NCBI GenBank assembly: GCA_050748045.1
Contig: JBOGIW010000125.1
Coordinates: forward strand, 1,453 to 33,452
Length of the DNA: 32,000 nucleotides
Reading direction: 5' to 3'
Source of the DNA: Vicinamibacterales bacterium
GTDB lineage: Bacteria; Acidobacteriota; Vicinamibacteria; Vicinamibacterales; UBA2999
Positions within the stretch are counted from its first letter, which is position 1; the number at the start of each line of letters is the position of its first letter. Of this stretch, positions 1-7,380 are shown one piece after another. The notes under the pieces are model-generated. The model did no database searches. It was given only the letters and a program-made list of their open reading frames with translations, and was not told the origin of the DNA. Made by a program: the position numbers and the translations under genes.

Positions 1-254
1 TCGGCCCGGTCTTTCACGCTCTCGGACTGGCAATTCGGCTTGTTCCAGACCAGATCCGCCCGCAGGCTTCGGCGCTCGCCAAGACTGGACCACTTCTGCT
101 CACCAGAGGTGACCCAGTAGCCTCGCTTCGCAGCGCCCTCACGCAATCCCGATCTCAGATCGTGATCGCAAATCATGATCGCAAGAGTGCCGCGAATGAC
201 GGCTTTGCCAAGCATGACACGCGGATTCACCTCGATTCGTTCCGTGAAGGTCAC
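1..254 (-). CDS. hypothetical protein, 5' portion only (continues past left edge); DUF433-like N-terminal motif
   Basis: Own minus-strand translation. GTG at 254-252 is preceded by GGGAGGG. It reads MTFTERIEVNPRVMLGKAVIRGTLAIMICDHDLRSGLREGAAKRGYWVTSGEQKWSSLGERRSLRADLVWNKPNCQSESVKDRA with no stop down to base 1, and third codon positions are mostly G/C. NPxxxxGKxVIRGT resembles the DUF433 signature, but the remainder does not. It is absent from the ORF track because it is open-ended. Confidence 0.3.
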   Translation of the reverse strand, partial: MTFTERIEVNPRVMLGKAVIRGTLAIMICDHDLRSGLREGAAKRGYWVTSGEQKWSSLGERRSLRADLVWNKPNCQSESVKDRA

Positions 255-337
255 GCCAACCCTCCCCGTCTGCGCTCCACGGTCCGCCAAGGTATGCTGC
301 CGCCGGGCCTGTCAAGTCAAGGTCGGGGACCGGAGTG

Positions 338-399
338 CGGACCGCCGATCGCGGATCGCGGATCGCGGAGAGCGGATCGCCGACCGCGGATCGCGAGAT
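338..399. repeat. GC-rich GATC-containing heptamer-repeat element, locus 1
   Basis: CGGACCGCCGATCGCGGATCGCGGATCGCGG is followed by a second partial unit, GCGGATCGCCGACCGCGGATCGCGAGATC. Period-7 GATCGCG units are read directly. The element abuts the TAG stop (400-402, minus strand) of the next gene. The same core occurs at 10905-10927 and 11343-11376. Confidence 0.8.
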
Positions 400-2094
400 C
401 TACCGCCGTGTCAGACGGGCGAGGAGGTCGGAGGCCGCCGCGAACGTCGGATCGATCCGCAGCGCCGCCCTGAGCTGCTCGGCGGCTTCTATCGGCTGGC
501 CGATCGCGCTGTGGGCGCGCGCCAGGATGAACCTGGCGTCGGCGGCCCACTCGTCGGCCTTGACGACCGGCTGAAGCACGGCCACCGCGCCTCGAGGATC
601 CTTCGCCGCCAGCAGCGCCGCCGCGAGCCGCTCGGCGATCACCCGGTGGCGCAGGCCGCCGGCGCGAGCGTCGCCGAGGAGCGCCACGGCCTCCTTCGGC
701 CGTCCACGCGCGATGAGCAAGGCGCCCGTGGCATCGATGGCGGCGGTAAAGTCGGGCCGCTGCTGCACGATCAGCTGGAGCTGACGGATCGCGGCCTCGG
801 GATCGCCGCCCGCCGTTTCGAGCGCGCCCTCGTACGCCAGGTGCAGCGGCAGCAGGCGCTTCGGATCGTCCTCGACGCGCGACGCGCCGAGACGCCACGA
901 CGCGGAGCCGACGTACCCGAGCGAGCGAAGCCGGGCCCGCGCCTCGGGCTCGGCGAGTGAGCCGGCCCCATCCGCCCGGAAAGAGGCCGTGCGGCTGCTG
1001 ACGGTCAGGTCACGCAGCCGCGTCGCCAGGCCGGGTTCCGCCGCCACGCGGTTGGTCTGCTCGCCTGGATCGGAGACGACGTCGTACAGCTCCGGCACCG
1101 GCAGATCGATGAACTTCCACTGGCCGGAGACGACGCCCGTCAGCGGCGCGCCGCCGCGCATCAGCGCCGCGTCGAGCGCCTCGACATAGACGGGATGCTC
1201 GGGCATCTCCTCGCCCCGCAACGCGGGCACGCGCGACCGGCCGTCGGACCGGGGACCGATCACACCGGCAAGATCCAGGATCGTGGGCATCACGTCGGCG
1301 TGCGAGGTCACCGGCGTGCGCACGACGCGTAATGGCACACCGGGTCCCGCGACGACCAGCGGCACCCGCATCACGCCTTCGTAGGCGAAGAGGCCGTGCG
1401 TCCGCTCGCCATGTTCCCCCAGGCTCTCCCCGTGATCCGCCGTCACGATGACGAGCGTGCGATCGACAGTGTCCTGTCCGAGCGAGGCGAGAAAGGCGCC
1501 GAGCGATGTGTCAGCCGACCTGACCGCGCTGTCGTACGACACGTACGGCGCGTGCGGATCGCGCAAGTGGGCCCAGGCGAACCAGGGCGCCGGCTGCGTC
1601 GCAATCCACGCCGCCGCCGCGGCGAGCACAGCCGGCGACGGTCGCGCCCCCTGGCGGAAGGCACTCGACACGGAGGGACCTTGCAGCACGTCGTACCGAT
1701 CGTCGTACTCGTGAAACCCCTGCGCCAGCCCGAAGCGCGCATCGAGGGCGGAGCCTCCCACGAAGGCGCCCGTCCGGTAGCCGGCGTCGGCGAACGCCTC
1801 GGCCAGCGTGACGACGCCCTCGTCCAGGCGGAAGCCGTTGTTGCGAACGCCATGCGCCGGCGGCAGGAGTCCCGTGAGGATCGACGCGTGCGAGGGGAGT
1901 GTCAGCGGCGCGTGCGCGTACGTGCGCGCGAACGCGGCGCCCCTCCGCGCCAGCGCGACGAGTCCGGGCGTGAGCCTGTCGGTGACCCGGTCGGCCCTGA
2001 GGGCATCCACCGTCACGAGCAGCACGTTCGGTCGAACGCGTTCCTGCGCCGACAGCGCGAGGGCAAGCGCCACGACGACCCATGCGCGCACCAC
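400..2094 (-). CDS. alkaline-phosphatase-superfamily (sulfatase / NPP-like) enzyme with C-terminal TPR repeats, secreted
   Basis: 564-aa ORF with a GTG start 13 nt after the upstream stop. Signal-like N-terminus MVRAWVVVALALALSAQ. Motifs LLVTVDALRADR, PLTLPSHASILTGLLPPAHG and TADHGESLGEHG. The C-terminal ~140 aa are TPR-like helical repeats (…AIRQLQLIVQQRPDF…AEQLRAALRIDPTF…). Confidence 0.85.
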   Translation of the reverse strand: MVRAWVVVALALALSAQERVRPNVLLVTVDALRADRVTDRLTPGLVALARRGAAFARTYAHAPLTLPSHASILTGLLPPAHGVRNNGFRLDEGVVTLAEAFADAGYRTGAFVGGSALDARFGLAQGFHEYDDRYDVLQGPSVSSAFRQGARPSPAVLAAAAAWIATQPAPWFAWAHLRDPHAPYVSYDSAVRSADTSLGAFLASLGQDTVDRTLVIVTADHGESLGEHGERTHGLFAYEGVMRVPLVVAGPGVPLRVVRTPVTSHADVMPTILDLAGVIGPRSDGRSRVPALRGEEMPEHPVYVEALDAALMRGGAPLTGVVSGQWKFIDLPVPELYDVVSDPGEQTNRVAAEPGLATRLRDLTVSSRTASFRADGAGSLAEPEARARLRSLGYVGSASWRLGASRVEDDPKRLLPLHLAYEGALETAGGDPEAAIRQLQLIVQQRPDFTAAIDATGALLIARGRPKEAVALLGDARAGGLRHRVIAERLAAALLAAKDPRGAVAVLQPVVKADEWAADARFILARAHSAIGQPIEAAEQLRAALRIDPTFAAASDLLARLTRR

Positions 2095-2107
2095 GGCGCC
2101 GATTCTA

Positions 2108-3631
2108 TCAGCCGCTCTTGTGCGCCGCGATCGGCTTCGGCGCGAGACGGCTCACGGCCGGCCCGTTCTTCACGGTCCCATCCGGCGCGAAGCGCGACCC
2201 GTGACACGGACAGTCCCAGGACTGCTCCGCCCGGTTCCACGCCACGTCGCACCCGAGGTGCGTGCAGATCGGCGACACGGCATGGAGCCCGTCGCGCTCG
2301 TCGCGGGAGACGGCGATCTTGCCACCCTCCCCCGCGAAGATGCCGCCGTCGCCGGGCCGCAGATCGTCGAGCGACTCCACGCCGGCGCTGGCGCTCGTCA
2401 ACCGATCCTTCGCGATGTGCACGGGAAACGACACGTTCTCCGTGACGTAGTCGTACGCCGACGCCAGCGGCGTCACGCGCGTCGCGTCGTAGAGGTCGGC
2501 GTACGCGCGTTTCCGCCCGCCCACGTAGTCGGCGAACATCATTCCCGCGAGCGTGCCGAAGGTCATGCCGTTGCCCGAGTAGCCGGTCGCCACGTACACG
2601 CGGCTCGAGCCGCTGTTCGGCCCGATGTACGGCAGGCCGTCGACCGGCTCGATAATCTGTCCCGACCAGCGGTACTTCACCGGCCCCCTGGGAAGGCGGG
2701 CGCGCGTGTAGGCGACGAGACTCTGGAAATGGCGCTCGGTCTCCGTCTCCTCGCCCGTCCTGTGGTCCTCGCCCCCGACGATGGCGTACGAGCGGCCGTC
2801 GACATCGTGCGGGCGGATGTAATGATAGGGATCGGCGGTGTCCCAGAACAGCCCGCGAAACGGCCGGGGTTCCACCTCGAGCGCGATGGCGTAGGACCGG
2901 TACGCGGCGATCTTGGTCTGCAGCAGCACGCGGTTGTTCACCGGCACGTTGGCTGCGACGAGCACGTGCCGCGCGTTCACGCGATGCCCGGCTGCCTCGA
3001 CGCGGCACGGCTCCCCCTCGTGCACGCCGGTCACCATCGTGCGCTCGAAGATCTCGACGCCGCGGCCGACGGCCGCCTGCGCCAGGCCGGCCAGGTACGC
3101 TGTCGCGTGCACCTGCGCCTGATCGTCCCAGCGCACGCCGCCTTTCGTCGCAAACGGCAGCGGCACCTCGTCCACCCACGTGACTGGACAGCCTGCCCGG
3201 CGTGCCGCGTCGAGCTCGTCGGCCAGGAACGTCACGTGCGCGGCCTCCTCGGTGTAGAGATAGCCGGGCGTCCGCTCGAAGCCCGCGCCGCGCGCCGACG
3301 CCGCGAGCCCGGCGAGCTGCGCGATCGCGTCGCGCTGCGACCGGGCCACGAGCCGCGCGGCGTCGAGGCCGAAGCGCGTGATGACGGTCTGGTATCGCGC
3401 GTCCACGGCTTCGGTCAGGTGGCTCGTGGTGTTGCCGGTCTCCCCGCTGCCGATGTGATCCTTTTCGAGGACGACGGCGCGCAGGCCGGCTCGGCTGATC
3501 AGGACGGCCGCGGTCAGCCCCGTGATGCCACCGCCGACGATGGCGACGTCAACGTCGAGGTCGCGCGTGAGGGGGGCGAGGTCAGGGGACGGATGCGTCG
3601 CGTGCCACAGCGATTCATGTTTCCAGGTCAT
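2108..3631 (-). CDS. FAD-dependent oxidoreductase fused to a C-terminal Rieske [2Fe-2S] domain (YhfW-like architecture)
   Basis: ORF 2108-3769 trimmed to the ATG at 3631 (MTWKHESLW…). Dinucleotide-binding VAIVGGGITGLTAA. Rieske ligand motifs CTHLGC and CPCHGSRF near the C-terminus. Its stop lies 13 nt before the start of the downstream sulfatase-like gene. Confidence 0.85.
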   Translation of the reverse strand: MTWKHESLWHATHPSPDLAPLTRDLDVDVAIVGGGITGLTAAVLISRAGLRAVVLEKDHIGSGETGNTTSHLTEAVDARYQTVITRFGLDAARLVARSQRDAIAQLAGLAASARGAGFERTPGYLYTEEAAHVTFLADELDAARRAGCPVTWVDEVPLPFATKGGVRWDDQAQVHATAYLAGLAQAAVGRGVEIFERTMVTGVHEGEPCRVEAAGHRVNARHVLVAANVPVNNRVLLQTKIAAYRSYAIALEVEPRPFRGLFWDTADPYHYIRPHDVDGRSYAIVGGEDHRTGEETETERHFQSLVAYTRARLPRGPVKYRWSGQIIEPVDGLPYIGPNSGSSRVYVATGYSGNGMTFGTLAGMMFADYVGGRKRAYADLYDATRVTPLASAYDYVTENVSFPVHIAKDRLTSASAGVESLDDLRPGDGGIFAGEGGKIAVSRDERDGLHAVSPICTHLGCDVAWNRAEQSWDCPCHGSRFAPDGTVKNGPAVSRLAPKPIAAHKSG

Positions 3632-3647
3632 GGATGATCCGCGTTGC

Positions 3648-3827
3648 AGAAACCGCGCCCTTCGAGCTCGACGCGCGCGGAACAACCTCCGCCGACACGG
3701 ACCTTCCCATGACTGTTGCGCGGCACGCCCCAGGTACAAGCCCGGCCGTGAGCCTCCTGGCACGCTCATCCGCGAGTATCGGACGGACGTTCGCGGGGGA
3801 GAACGGCTGAATGCGATCGACGGCGGT
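3648..3827 (+). repeat. decayed duplicate (copy A) of the recA upstream block, promoter, 5'UTR and first codons
   Basis: By eye, 3648-3690 aligns to 6038-6080 (about 36 of 43 nt). 3709-3827 aligns to 6167-6285 at roughly 75-80 percent. The alignment covers ATGACT vs TTGACT, AGGTAC vs TAGTAT, GGGGGAGAAC vs GAGGAGAAC, and ATGCGATCGACGG vs ATGCCGCTCGACG. Confidence 0.75.
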
Positions 3828-3853
3828 TACTCGTCGCGTATGCCGCGCCCCGC

Positions 3854-5794
3854 CTACAAGGACCGGCGCATCAGCTCTGAGAGCGCCTGCCCGAACCGCA
3901 CCGCGTTGAACGGCTCCGACCCCTCGGCCAGGAGCGCGTATCCGAGGAGCAACTGCGCGCAGTCGTCCCACGGCAATCCCTCGGGGTCCTGTTCGGCCGC
4001 GAGCCGCTCGCATAAGCGCTGGATCAGGGGATGGCGAGGGTTGAGCTCGAGGATGCGGCGCTGCCGTGGTCCTCCCCCTTTGCCCTTGAGGAGCAGGCGC
4101 TCCATCCGAGGCGAGTACTCGTACTCCTCTCCGGTCAGGCAGGCCGGCGACGTCGTCAAGCGCGTCGAGGCGCGTACCGACTTCACGTGTGCCGTCAGCA
4201 GTTCCTGCAGCCGGGCGGCAAGCGCGGAGACGTCCGCGGCAGCCGGCTCCCCTTCATCCGCCGGCGCGCCGAGATCGAGCGCGCCCTGCCCGAGGGACTT
4301 GAGCCGCTTGCCGCCGAATTCGGGGAGCGCCTGCACCAGCAGATCGTCGACCGGCTCGGTCAAGTAGAGCACCTCGAACCCGCGGGCCCTGGCCGATTCC
4401 AGGTGCGGCGCGTGCTCGATGGCTTCCCGCGAGTCTCCCGAGAGGAAATAGATGTGCTGCTGGTCGGCCGGCATGCGCTCGACGTACGCCGCCAGGCTCG
4501 TCAACTCGGTGGCCTGGTGCGACGACTCGAACAGGAAGAGCGCCAGCAGCCGATCCTTGTTCTCGTGGTCCGGCCCCAGCCCTTCTTTCAGCACGCGGCC
4601 GAACTGCCGCCAGATTTTCAGGTAGGTCTCCGCATCCGTCTGCCGGACTTCGTCGAGCCGATCGAGCACCTTGCGTGTCAGCCACTTCTGGATCCGCTCG
4701 ATCTGCGAGCGCTCCTGCAGCATCTGCCGCGACACGTGCAACGGGAGGTCGAGCACGTCGAGGACGCCTCTCACGAATCGGAGGTACCGCGGAAGCACGT
4801 CGGCGCACTCATCGACGACGAGCACACGCTTGGCGTACAGCTGCAAGCCGTACGGGACGGCGTGATAGAAGAGGTCGTGGCCGGCTTCGGCGGGCACGAA
4901 CACGAGCGCCTGGCATTCGATGCGGCCTTCGGCGCGCGCCAGCAGGCGCAGGACGGGCGGATTCCAGTCGTGCGTGAGCTGTCGATAGCAGGCGTTGTAC
5001 TCCTCGTCGGAGACCTCGGCCGGCGGCTTCGACCACACGGGCTTCTGCGAATTGAGGACGCGGTCCTCGAGCACCACGGCCGTCGTGCTCGTGTCCGGCG
5101 AAGGAGGGCCGGCGAACATGGGCTCGTCGCGCGGAACACCGGCCAGCACGATCGGATAGGCGACGAAATCCGAGTATCGTCTGATGATGCGCGAGAGGAC
5201 CCACTGGTCGGTGTAGTCCTCGATGCCGGCGTCGTGGTCGACCGCCTTGAGCCGAAGGGTGATCGTGGTGCCCGGTTCGGCGCGTTCGGCCGCCCCGATC
5301 GTGTATTCGCCGTCGCCGCGCGACTCCCATCGCGTCGCCTGCTGTTCGCTCGCATGGCGGCTGACGAGCGAGACGTCCTCGGCGACCATGAACGCCGAAT
5401 AGAACCCGACGCCGAACCGGCCAATCAGCTCGGGCGCGCCACGCGTGTCGCCGCGCGCGATGCGCTCCAGGAGCTCCTTGGTCCCTGAGCGGGCGATCGT
5501 CCCGATGTTGGCCACCACATCGCTGCGGGTCATGCCGATCCCGTTGTCGGCAATCGTGAGCGTGCGCTCGGCCGTGTCCCGCTGCAGCACGACACGGGGC
5601 GTATACCCCTCGGCCATCAGCTCGGGGTGCAGCATCGCCTCGAAGCGCAGCCGGTCGAGCGCATCGGATGCGTTCGACACCAGCTCCCGCAGAAAAATCT
5701 CCTTCTGCGTGTAGAGCGAGTGAATCACCAGCCCCAGGAGCTCGCGGGTTTGCGCCTGGAATTCGAAGACCTCTGTGTCGGTCGTCACCGTCAT
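3854..5794 (-). CDS. htpG: molecular chaperone HtpG (Hsp90 family)
   Basis: ORF 3854-5842 trimmed to the ATG at 5794, with AGGAGA just upstream. The N-terminal GHKL ATPase signature EVFEFQAQTRELLGLVIHSLYTQKEIFLRELVSNASDALDRLRF and the full length (~646 aa) are typical of HtpG. Confidence 0.95.
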   Translation of the reverse strand: MTVTTDTEVFEFQAQTRELLGLVIHSLYTQKEIFLRELVSNASDALDRLRFEAMLHPELMAEGYTPRVVLQRDTAERTLTIADNGIGMTRSDVVANIGTIARSGTKELLERIARGDTRGAPELIGRFGVGFYSAFMVAEDVSLVSRHASEQQATRWESRGDGEYTIGAAERAEPGTTITLRLKAVDHDAGIEDYTDQWVLSRIIRRYSDFVAYPIVLAGVPRDEPMFAGPPSPDTSTTAVVLEDRVLNSQKPVWSKPPAEVSDEEYNACYRQLTHDWNPPVLRLLARAEGRIECQALVFVPAEAGHDLFYHAVPYGLQLYAKRVLVVDECADVLPRYLRFVRGVLDVLDLPLHVSRQMLQERSQIERIQKWLTRKVLDRLDEVRQTDAETYLKIWRQFGRVLKEGLGPDHENKDRLLALFLFESSHQATELTSLAAYVERMPADQQHIYFLSGDSREAIEHAPHLESARARGFEVLYLTEPVDDLLVQALPEFGGKRLKSLGQGALDLGAPADEGEPAAADVSALAARLQELLTAHVKSVRASTRLTTSPACLTGEEYEYSPRMERLLLKGKGGGPRQRRILELNPRHPLIQRLCERLAAEQDPEGLPWDDCAQLLLGYALLAEGSEPFNAVRFGQALSELMRRSL

Positions 5795-5966
5795 ACGCTC
5801 TCCTTGCCCTGACAGCAGACGGTCCGCTTTCGCGGCGAGCACGACGCCGCTCTCCGTGCGTCCGTTGGCTCGTCAACGTCCGGATCGCGTATTAGGGATT
5901 CTCATGTGAAGACAGCCCTTGTCAATCCGTTCACGGAAAGCCTGTGCAGCGGTGCTCGCTGACGTA

Positions 5967-5990
5967 CCATTGCGCCATTGCGCCATTGCG
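5967..5990. repeat. perfect tandem triplication of the octamer CCATTGCG
   Basis: CCATTGCGCCATTGCGCCATTGCG is read directly. It runs into the palindrome TTGCGCAA (5987-5994). It lies ~175-195 nt upstream of the htpG start, on the opposite strand. Confidence 0.9.
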
Positions 5991-6037
5991 CAACTGGGGA
6001 CACGCGACTCTGCCTGAGCTGTCCGGGCCGGCGTGGG

Positions 6038-6285
6038 CGAAACGGCCGCCTTCGAGCTCGGCGCGCGCGGGAAAACCTCCCACGGAGGAGGTGAGGCGAA
6101 AGTCAGCCGGCACTGTAAGTCGTTGATTCAATTGGCGCGATGAGGTGTCAGCGCGCTGATTTTCGCTTGACTTTCGCGCGGCACGCCCCTAGTATCGACC
6201 CCGGCCGTGACCTCCCCTGTCACGCCCTTCCGCGAGCATAGGACGGACGGTCACGTGAGGAGAACGCATGCCGCTCGACGATCTG
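6038..6285 (+). repeat. copy B (functional) of the duplicated block: upstream block, 86-nt extra spacer, recA promoter/5'UTR/first codons
   Basis: This is the partner of 3648-3827. It carries an 86-nt segment (6081-6166) that is reduced to 18 nt in copy A. Confidence 0.75.
6167..6195 (+). promoter_or_regulatory. sigma70-type promoter of recA (TTGACT - 17 nt - TAGTAT)
   Basis: TTGACT at 6167-6172, a 17-nt spacer, then TAGTAT at 6190-6195. This predicts a ~65-nt leader ending in the SD GAGGAG (6257-6262), 5 nt before ATG 6268. A perfect 12-bp palindrome TCAGCGCGCTGA followed by TTTT lies just upstream. Confidence 0.55.
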
Positions 6286-7299
6286 AAGGAACGCAACAAG
6301 GCCATTGACCTCGCGGTCGGACAAATCGAGAAGCAGTTCGGCAAGGGCTCGATCATGCGCCTCGGCCAGAAGAACGCGATTGCGCCGATCGACACGATTT
6401 CCACCGGGTCCATCAGCATCGACTACGCGCTCGGCGTCGGCGGCGTGCCTCGCGGGCGTGTGATCGAGATCTTCGGGCCGGAGTCGTCCGGCAAGACCAC
6501 GCTCGCCCTGCAGGTGATCGCCGAAGCGCAGAAGGCGGGCGGGATGGCGGCGTTCGTGGACGCCGAGCACGCGCTTGACGCCCAGTACGCGCAGAAGCTC
6601 GGCGTGGACCTCGACAACCTGCTCGTGTCACAGCCGGACAACGGCGAGCAGGCCATGGAGATCGTCGAAGTGCTGATCCGCTCCAACGGCGTCGACGTCG
6701 TGGTGGTCGATTCGGTGGCCGCGCTCGTGCCCAGGATGGAAATCGAAGGCGAGATGGGCGACCCGCAGATGGGTCTGCAGGCGCGTCTGATGTCGCAGGC
6801 TCTCCGCAAGCTCACCGGCGTCGTCTCGAAGTCGAAGACGACGCTCATCTTCATCAACCAGCTTCGCGAGAAGATTGGCGTGATGTTCGGCAACCCGGAA
6901 ACGACCACCGGCGGCCGCGCGCTGAAGTTCTACGCGTCGGTGCGCGTGGATATCCGGCGCATCGCGAGCATCAAGGACGGCGACCAGGTGATCGGCGGTC
7001 GCACGCGCGTCAAGGTCGTCAAGAACAAGGTGGCACCGCCGTTCCGCGAGGCCGAGTTCGACGTGATGTACGGCGAGGGCATCTCGCGCGAAGGGGACCT
7101 GCTCGACCTCGCCGTCGAGAAGCGGATCATCGAGAAGAGCGGCGCCTGGTTCGCCTACGGCGGCGAGCGCCTCGGCCAGGGCCGCGAGAACGTGAAGCAG
7201 TTTCTGAAGGACAACCCCGCCACCTTCAGGGCCATCGAAGACCGCGTGCGCCGCGAGCTGGGGCTCGTGCGCGACGTCGGCATTGCCGCAGTCGTGTAA
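6268..7299 (+). CDS. recA: recombinase RecA
   Basis: 343-aa ORF. It carries the Walker [10 protein letters not shown] and conserved RecA blocks [50 protein letters not shown] and [32 protein letters not shown]. Confidence 0.98.
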   Translation: MPLDDLKERNKAIDLAVGQIEKQFGKGSIMRLGQKNAIAPIDTISTGSISIDYALGVGGVPRGRVIEIFGPESSGKTTLALQVIAEAQKAGGMAAFVDAEHALDAQYAQKLGVDLDNLLVSQPDNGEQAMEIVEVLIRSNGVDVVVVDSVAALVPRMEIEGEMGDPQMGLQARLMSQALRKLTGVVSKSKTTLIFINQLREKIGVMFGNPETTTGGRALKFYASVRVDIRRIASIKDGDQVIGGRTRVKVVKNKVAPPFREAEFDVMYGEGISREGDLLDLAVEKRIIEKSGAWFAYGGERLGQGRENVKQFLKDNPATFRAIEDRVRRELGLVRDVGIAAVV

Positions 7300-7305
7300 G
7301 AGGCC

Positions 7306-7334
7306 GGGCGGCCGGCGGGCACCGCCTGCCGCCC
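7306..7334 (+). terminator. GC-rich hairpin downstream of recA (putative intrinsic terminator, weak U-tract)
   Basis: GGGCGGC-c-GGCGG-gca-CCGCC-t-GCCGCCC starts 7 nt after the recA stop and is followed by ATTGCC. Confidence 0.45.
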
Positions 7335-7351
7335 ATTGCCTGACCGGTTAG

Positions 7352-7374
7352 AGGCCTCCACCGCCTGGAGGCCT
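7352..7374. terminator. second hairpin between convergent recA and beta-helix genes, embedded in a 14-bp direct repeat
   Basis: AGGCCTCCA-ccgcc-TGGAGGCCT forms a 9-bp stem. GAGGCCTCCACCGC occurs twice (7351-7364 and 7368-7381), and the second copy reaches the TAG stop at 7381-7383. Confidence 0.35.
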
Positions 7375-7380
7375 CCACCG

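Noticed and set aside
338-399. The heptamer repeats as a CRISPR array or coding repeat. The track ORFs translate them as ADRGSRIADRGSR.
   Set aside because: The units are 7 nt and contiguous, without spacers, and no cas genes are present. The ORFs containing them are shadow ORFs, and the repeats lie outside supported genes.
6081-6166. A LexA/SOS box upstream of recA.
   Set aside because: None of the known box types is present on either strand near the promoter. These are CTGT-N8-ACAG, the GAAC-N4-GTTC Cheo box, and GTTC-N7-GTTC, the alphaproteobacterial type reported for Acidobacterium. The palindromes TCAGCGCGCTGA and TTGATTCAA are present, but I have no basis to call them LexA sites.
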